A stretch of DNA of 64,000 bases from Thermoanaerobaculia bacterium. GTDB lineage: Bacteria > Acidobacteriota > Thermoanaerobaculia > UBA5066. The translations under genes were made by a program, and so were the position numbers. Shown here piece by piece: positions 59,291 to 64,000 of the stretch (position 1 is the first letter of the stretch; every line of letters starts with the position of its first letter). The DNA is taken from NCBI GenBank assembly GCA_963816185.1, contig CAWFJJ010000008.1, positions 224,001 to 288,000 on the forward strand, given 5' to 3'. The notes under the pieces are model-generated. The model worked only from the letters and a program-made list of their open reading frames with translations. It was not told the DNA's origin and did not search any database.

Positions 59291-61582
59291 ATGTCGAGCG
59301 ACCCTTCGGAGAAGCAGCTCTCGTCGTGGTGGCGCCACGCCGTCATCCTCGTGATGGCGCTCGGCTTCAGCCTGCTCACGCTCGTGACCGTCCTCACGTA
59401 CACGAACGCGCCGCCCATCCCGGAGCGGGTGACCGACGCCGCCGGGTCAACCCTCTTCACGCGGGAGAATATCGAGCACGGGCAGGAGGTCTTCCTCAAG
59501 CACGGCCTCATGGAGCACGGGACGCTCTGGGGCCACGGAGCGTATCTCGGCCCGGACTACACCGCCGAGTACCTGCACCGGCTGGCGGAGATCACCCGTG
59601 ACGCCCGCGCCCGTGAGCGTTATGGCCGCCCGTACGCTGAGCTCGATCCGGACGCGGCTTCGGCCGTAGATGCGGCCGTGCACAACCTGTTGAAGGAGAA
59701 CCGCTACGACTCGGGCACCGATACGCTCCGGTTCTCGGCGTCCGAGGCGGCGGCCTGGCAGACGCAGAAGGCGGAGTGGGCCGACTACTTCTCGGGGAAG
59801 ACGCCGGCACCGGGCCTGCCCGCGAAGTACATCCGCGGTGGGGCCGAGCTCGAAGACCTCGACTCGTACTTCGCGTGGGCGGCGTGGGCGACGGTCGCGA
59901 ACCGGCCCGGGAAGGACTACTCCTACACCAACAACTGGCCGTACGAACCGGCCGTCGGCAACCGGCCGAGCGCGTCGGCCTATCTGTGGAGCGCGCTCAG
60001 CCTCGTGACTCTCCTCGCGGGGCTCGGGACCGTCCTGTTCGCCTTTGGCCGGTTCGATTATCTCGGCTGGCACGGGCCGTCGGCGAGCGGACACGTGCAC
60101 GACAGCATCCTCGCCCGCTGGACCCTGACGCCGAGCCAGAAGGCGGGCGGCCTCTACTTTGGAGTGGTCGCGCTGCTGTTCCTGCTCCAGGCGTTCGCGG
60201 GGGGCGCCCTCGCCCACTACCGTGTCGAGTCCGGCGCCTTTTACGGGATCGACCTCGCGCGTATCTTCCCCTACAACCTGCTCCGGACATTCCACCTTCA
60301 GCTCGCCATCTTCTGGATCGCCACCGCGTGGGTCGCAGGCGGCCTCTTTCTCGCGCCGATCGTCGGCGGCACCGAGCCCCGGGGGCAGCGGGCGGGCGCC
60401 CTCGGGCTGCTCGCGGCCCTCGCGGTCGTCGTCTTCGGAAGCCTCGGCGGCGAATGGCTGGGTCTCAACGATCGCCTGGGCACGCTCTGGTTCTGGCTCG
60501 GCCACCAGGGCTCGGAATACCTGGATCTCGGTCGCTTCTGGCAGCTCTTGCTGGCGGCCTCTCTCGCGGGCTGGCTTGTCCTCATGTACCGGGCGCTGCG
60601 CCCGGCAATCCGCGACCGGCAGCGGTCCGAGCTGGCCTCGCTCTTCCTCTACGCCGCGGCCGCGATCCCGCTCTTCTACCTGCCCGCGCTCTTCTTCGGC
60701 CCCCGCACCAATTTCGCCGTGATCGACAACTGGCGCTTCTGGATCATCCACCTGTGGGTGGAGGGCTTCTTCGAGCTGTTCGCCACCGTGCTCGTCGCCG
60801 TGATGTTCGTGATCCTGGGTCTCGTCACGACCCGCACCGCCACGCGCGTCATCTACCTGGATGCGATCCTCTACCTGGCCGGCGGCATCGTGGGGACCGG
60901 CCACCACTGGTACTTCACCGGCCAGGGAACTCTCAACATGGGCCTGGCCGCGTGCTTCTCCGCGCTGGAGGTGGTCCCGCTCACCCTTCTCACGCTCGAC
61001 GCCTGGGACTTCGTCCGCCTCCGTGAGAGGCGGTGCGACGACTGCCATGAGACGTTCGCGGGCCGTCACCGCTGGGCGATCTACTTTCTGATGGCCGTGG
61101 GCTTCTGGAACTTCGTTGGCGCGGGAATCTTCGGTTTCCTGATCAACCTGCCGATCGTCTCGTACTTCGAGGTCGGCACCGCCCTGACGAATAACCACGC
61201 CCACGGGGCGCTCTTCGGCGTCTTCGGGATGCTCGCGCTGGCCGTGCTCGTCTTCTGCCTGCGTCTTCTGGCCGACGATGCGGTATGGGCACGCGCGGAG
61301 CGCTGGATCCGGATGGGCTTCTGGGGGCTGAACGCGGGGCTCGCGCTCATGATGACGATCGATCTCTTTCCGTCGGGCGTCCTGCAACTGTGGGACGTCC
61401 TCGAGAACGGCTACTGGCACGCCCGGCGGCTCACGTACCTCATGAGCGGGACGTTCCACGCGCTGGAGTGGGCGCGTGTCGCCGCCGACGGAGTGTTCCT
61501 CGTAATCGGGGTCGTCCCGCTGGTCCTGGCGGTCGCCGTCCTGCTCCTCGCCCCCCGCAAGGGTGGAGCGCCCGTGTCGTGA
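59291..61582 (+). CDS. norB: Quinol-dependent nitric oxide reductase (qNor)
   Basis: GHGAYLGPDYTA, SYTNNWP, H.QL...WIAT, HLWVEGFFE, GHHWY, SALEVVPL, HAHGA. Confidence 0.95.
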   Translation: MSSDPSEKQLSSWWRHAVILVMALGFSLLTLVTVLTYTNAPPIPERVTDAAGSTLFTRENIEHGQEVFLKHGLMEHGTLWGHGAYLGPDYTAEYLHRLAEITRDARARERYGRPYAELDPDAASAVDAAVHNLLKENRYDSGTDTLRFSASEAAAWQTQKAEWADYFSGKTPAPGLPAKYIRGGAELEDLDSYFAWAAWATVANRPGKDYSYTNNWPYEPAVGNRPSASAYLWSALSLVTLLAGLGTVLFAFGRFDYLGWHGPSASGHVHDSILARWTLTPSQKAGGLYFGVVALLFLLQAFAGGALAHYRVESGAFYGIDLARIFPYNLLRTFHLQLAIFWIATAWVAGGLFLAPIVGGTEPRGQRAGALGLLAALAVVVFGSLGGEWLGLNDRLGTLWFWLGHQGSEYLDLGRFWQLLLAASLAGWLVLMYRALRPAIRDRQRSELASLFLYAAAAIPLFYLPALFFGPRTNFAVIDNWRFWIIHLWVEGFFELFATVLVAVMFVILGLVTTRTATRVIYLDAILYLAGGIVGTGHHWYFTGQGTLNMGLAACFSALEVVPLTLLTLDAWDFVRLRERRCDDCHETFAGRHRWAIYFLMAVGFWNFVGAGIFGFLINLPIVSYFEVGTALTNNHAHGALFGVFGMLALAVLVFCLRLLADDAVWARAERWIRMGFWGLNAGLALMMTIDLFPSGVLQLWDVLENGYWHARRLTYLMSGTFHALEWARVAADGVFLVIGVVPLVLAVAVLLLAPRKGGAPVS

Positions 61583-61621
61583 CGTTCGGAAGTCGGGGGA
61601 GCCGCCTCTCGCAATCCCGGC

Positions 61622-61635
61622 ATGACGCCGGTCAT
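61622..61635. promoter_or_regulatory. Crp/Fnr-type palindrome ATGAC-N4-GTCAT (box 3)
   Basis: ATGACGCCGGTCAT centred 42.5 bp upstream of ATG 61671. Confidence 0.75.
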
Positions 61636-61670
61636 GGCGGCCGGGACGCCCAGGGCCCAGATTTCGGGCC

Positions 61671-61925
61671 ATGGCCGACTCCCCTCCCCCCGACGTGATC
61701 CTCGACGTACGGCCCGACCTGGCACGCGGCGAAGAGCCGCTAACGAAGATCCTGACGGCGGCTCGCGCCATCCAGCCGGGAGGACGGCTCGTCGTCCAGG
61801 CGCCGTTCGAGCCTTTTCCCCTCTACGGCGTCCTCGCAAAGCAGGGCTTCTCGAGCGCGTCGGAAAACCTCGGCTCCGAAGGATTCCGAGTCACGTTTCA
61901 TCGTCAGAAGACGGCCGAGCCGTGA
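61671..61925 (+). CDS. DUF2249 domain protein
   Basis: LDVRP....GEEP...I, APFEP.PLY.VL...GF. Confidence 0.85.
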   Translation: MADSPPPDVILDVRPDLARGEEPLTKILTAARAIQPGGRLVVQAPFEPFPLYGVLAKQGFSSASENLGSEGFRVTFHRQKTAEP

Positions 61926-62131
61926 CGGAAATCCTCGACCTCAGGGGCCTCCCGCCTCCGGAGCCCCTCGTGCGCGCGCTCGAGGCCGTCGAGGCGCTGT
62001 CCGACGGCGACGAGCTCGTCGTCCTGACAGAACGGCGTCCCGTTCACCTCCTGCCGCTCCTTGCGGAGCGCGGGGTCGAGGTGGCGGTGCGCGAGCTCGC
62101 GGATGGTCATGAGATCCGCCTCCGGCGATAG
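61922..62131 (+). CDS. DUF2249 domain protein (second)
   Basis: LDLRGLPPPEPL.R.L, R.P.HL.P.L.ERG; GTGA overlap. Confidence 0.85.
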   Translation: MTEILDLRGLPPPEPLVRALEAVEALSDGDELVVLTERRPVHLLPLLAERGVEVAVRELADGHEIRLRR

Positions 62132-63449
62132 CGCTCACGGGCCGGGTCCGGCGTTCCTCTCCGAGGCGCCGAGGCCTTCGCTCCCGACGGCTTTCTTCCT
62201 GCCGGCGATCGCGCTTCTTCTCGCCGCGGCGGTCGCCGCGCCGTTCCTCGCGGCGAAGATGGCGGACTGGACGTACCAGCAGGAGATCCTGGCACTCGTT
62301 CACACCGTGACGCTGGGGTTCCTCCTGGCCGTCTTCCTCGGCGCCTCGGTGCAACTCCTTCCCGTCGTGGCGGGCGTCACCGTGACGCGAACGCCCCTCG
62401 TTCGTGCGGCGGCTGCCTGCTATTTCGTTGGCACGCTGGGAATGGTCTTCCACTTCGCCAAGCTGCGCTGGAACGGCCTCGTGGTGTCCGCCGCCATGGT
62501 GACGCTCGCGGTCATCCTCTTCTTCTTCGCGGTCCTGCCCGTGCTCGTGAAGGCCCCGCCCGGGCCCGTCCGGCTCGCCTTCGCCCTCGCCTATTCGGGC
62601 TTGGCGCTCACGATGACGGCGGGCCTCCTGATCGGGCTCGACCGCCGGCACGCGTTCCTGCCGGGGGCTCCGCTGGACCACCTCGCGGCTCACCTCAACC
62701 TCGGCCTCCTCGCCACCTTCACCGTGGCGATCTGGGGCGTGTCGTCGAAGCTCCTCCCGATGTTCCTTCTCGCGCCGGCTCCGAATCCGCGTCAGCAGAG
62801 CACGGCGCTCGTCCTTCTTTTCGGCGGCGCGGTCCTGCTCGCGGTCGCGCTTTGGCTCGGCTGGCCGGTCGCGCCTTTCGCGGCCCTCCCGGCGGTGGCG
62901 TTTCTCATTCAAGCGTCGCTCTTGCGGGACCTCCTGCGCGCGCGCCGCCGGGGGCGGATCGACGCCGGTTTCCGTTACGCGCTTTCGGCGTACGCGGATC
63001 TCTTCGCGGCGGGAGTCGTGGGCATCCTCATTGCGCTCGGCGTCGGGAAGGGAACCCTTCTCTCCCTGCGCCTGCCGTGGGTGTACGGATTCCTCCTCCT
63101 GGGAGGCTGGGTGCTGCAGACCGTCGTGGGCATCCTCTCGAAGATCCTCCCGTTCCTCGTGTGGCAGGCCGTCTATGCACGCCGCGCGGGCCTCGGGCCG
63201 CTCCCGAAGCTCGCGGATCTTTCCTCCGAGCGCCTCCAGATGGCCGGCTTCGTCCTCTTCCGGATCGCGACGGTGGCGATGGCCGTTGCGCTCTTCCGCG
63301 GCCACGTGGGCGAGCTGCGCGCCGCGACGATTCTCTTCGCGATCTCTCTCCTGCCCTTCGCCGGACACGTCGCCCTCGTCGTCTCGCACTTGAAAAAGCC
63401 GCGCGCCTTCGCCGCGCCCGCCGGAACCCGATATGCCTCCGCCCACTGA
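62109..63449 (+). CDS. Polytopic His-containing membrane protein (NnrS/heme-copper-fold-like) of DUF2249 operons
   Basis: LVH..TLGF, GA..QL.PV, AH.NLG, G...K..PMF, G.L.KI.PFL.W. Confidence 0.7.
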   Translation: MRSASGDSAHGPGPAFLSEAPRPSLPTAFFLPAIALLLAAAVAAPFLAAKMADWTYQQEILALVHTVTLGFLLAVFLGASVQLLPVVAGVTVTRTPLVRAAAACYFVGTLGMVFHFAKLRWNGLVVSAAMVTLAVILFFFAVLPVLVKAPPGPVRLAFALAYSGLALTMTAGLLIGLDRRHAFLPGAPLDHLAAHLNLGLLATFTVAIWGVSSKLLPMFLLAPAPNPRQQSTALVLLFGGAVLLAVALWLGWPVAPFAALPAVAFLIQASLLRDLLRARRRGRIDAGFRYALSAYADLFAAGVVGILIALGVGKGTLLSLRLPWVYGFLLLGGWVLQTVVGILSKILPFLVWQAVYARRAGLGPLPKLADLSSERLQMAGFVLFRIATVAMAVALFRGHVGELRAATILFAISLLPFAGHVALVVSHLKKPRAFAAPAGTRYASAH

Positions 63450-63741
63450 AGCCGACGTCCTGGACGCGCTCGAGCCCGTCATCGACCCGGAGCTCGGGCT
63501 CTCGGTCGTGGATCTGGGCCTCGTCTACGACGTGACGATCTCGCCCGAGGGCGCCGTGCACGTGACGTTCACGGCGACGACTCCCGGCTGCCCCGTGACG
63601 GAGATCCTCGCGTACGGGATCTTCCGGGCGGTCTCCGCTCTCGACGGCGTCACGGCGGTCTCCACGGAGCTCGTGTGGGAGCCGCCCTGGGAACCCTCCC
63701 GCATCGCGCCCGACGCGCTCCGGCGGCTCGAGGAGCGCTGA
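63433..63741 (+). CDS. DUF59/SufT-like metal-sulfur cluster assembly factor
   Basis: L..VIDPELG.S.VDLGL.Y, T.TTPGCP, VWEPPW. Confidence 0.92.
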   Translation: MPPPTEADVLDALEPVIDPELGLSVVDLGLVYDVTISPEGAVHVTFTATTPGCPVTEILAYGIFRAVSALDGVTAVSTELVWEPPWEPSRIAPDALRRLEER

Positions 63742-64000
63742 TCAGTCCTCGGTCACCGTCTCGAGCGCCCGAAGGTTCGGGATTGTGAACTCATCGGGCC
63801 GGGTGATCACGACTTGCTCCTTTCCCCAACGGCTCATGACGCGAATGGCGGTCTCGACCGTCGTTGCGGTCATGTCCGCGATCTCCTGGCGGGAGAGCGC
63901 GAGCGGAATCGTCGCCCCCGCGCCCTCACTCCGCCCGACGCGCCGTGCGAGCATGAGGAAGAGCCGCGCGATCCGTTTCTCGACCGGACCGGTCAGGTCC
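63742..64000 (-). CDS. Crp/Fnr-family regulator, C-terminal HTH (partial, runs off window edge)
   Basis: VEKRIARL.L, LSRQEIADM..TTVETAIRVMS. Confidence 0.88.
   Translation of the reverse strand, partial: DLTGPVEKRIARLFLMLARRVGRSEGAGATIPLALSRQEIADMTATTVETAIRVMSRWGKEQVVITRPDEFTIPNLRALETVTED

Noticed and set aside
59291-61582. Possible NO dismutase
   Set aside because: Canonical qNor residues (HLWVEGFFE, GHH, SALE) are retained

Overview
High-GC bacterial chromosomal window. The Oar-like TonB receptor, FG-GAP protein and ArnT-TPR protein suggest Acidobacteriota/Thermoanaerobaculia (inference). Layout: (1) ettA followed by a small, visibly AT-richer defence-like islet (AbiEi antitoxin, AbiEii nucleotidyltransferase with an unusual WYL plus Zn-ribbon C-terminus, a PD-(D/E)XK nuclease and a possible hsdS remnant); (2) housekeeping genes and a xanthine-dehydrogenase-family L-S-M operon; (3) a peptidoglycan-recycling cluster (SH3-NlpC/P60-serine hydrolase fusion, Tat-signal Ala-Glu epimerase, serine hydrolase-amidase lipoprotein, HGSNAT/NagX-like protein, nagA, murQ, sugar kinase); (4) transport/envelope genes, parE and trmJ; (5) a ~26 kb nitrogen-oxide island with an NnrS-like gene, an atypical radical SAM gene, an NAD(P)H:flavin Fe-S oxidoreductase-Rieske-cyt b-pentaheme cyt c module co-operonic with clade II nosZ-B-D-F-L-Y, an ECF-sigma operon, MarR-ClC-qNor, DUF2249/DUF59 genes and a Crp/Fnr regulator. 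DNA-level signals seen directly: three ATGAC-N4-GTCAT boxes at class II activator spacing, a duplicated ECF promoter, an AbiE operator inverted repeat, many -10 boxes just upstream of start codons (leaderless style), and a dispersed AT-rich motif (AGATTTCTTAGAAGGTGAAGAG) occurring as inverted pairs inside unrelated coding sequences. Five genes carry single +1 G/C insertions, probably consensus errors. No tRNA, rRNA, CRISPR array or transposase was recognised. All product calls come from motif recognition, not database searches.
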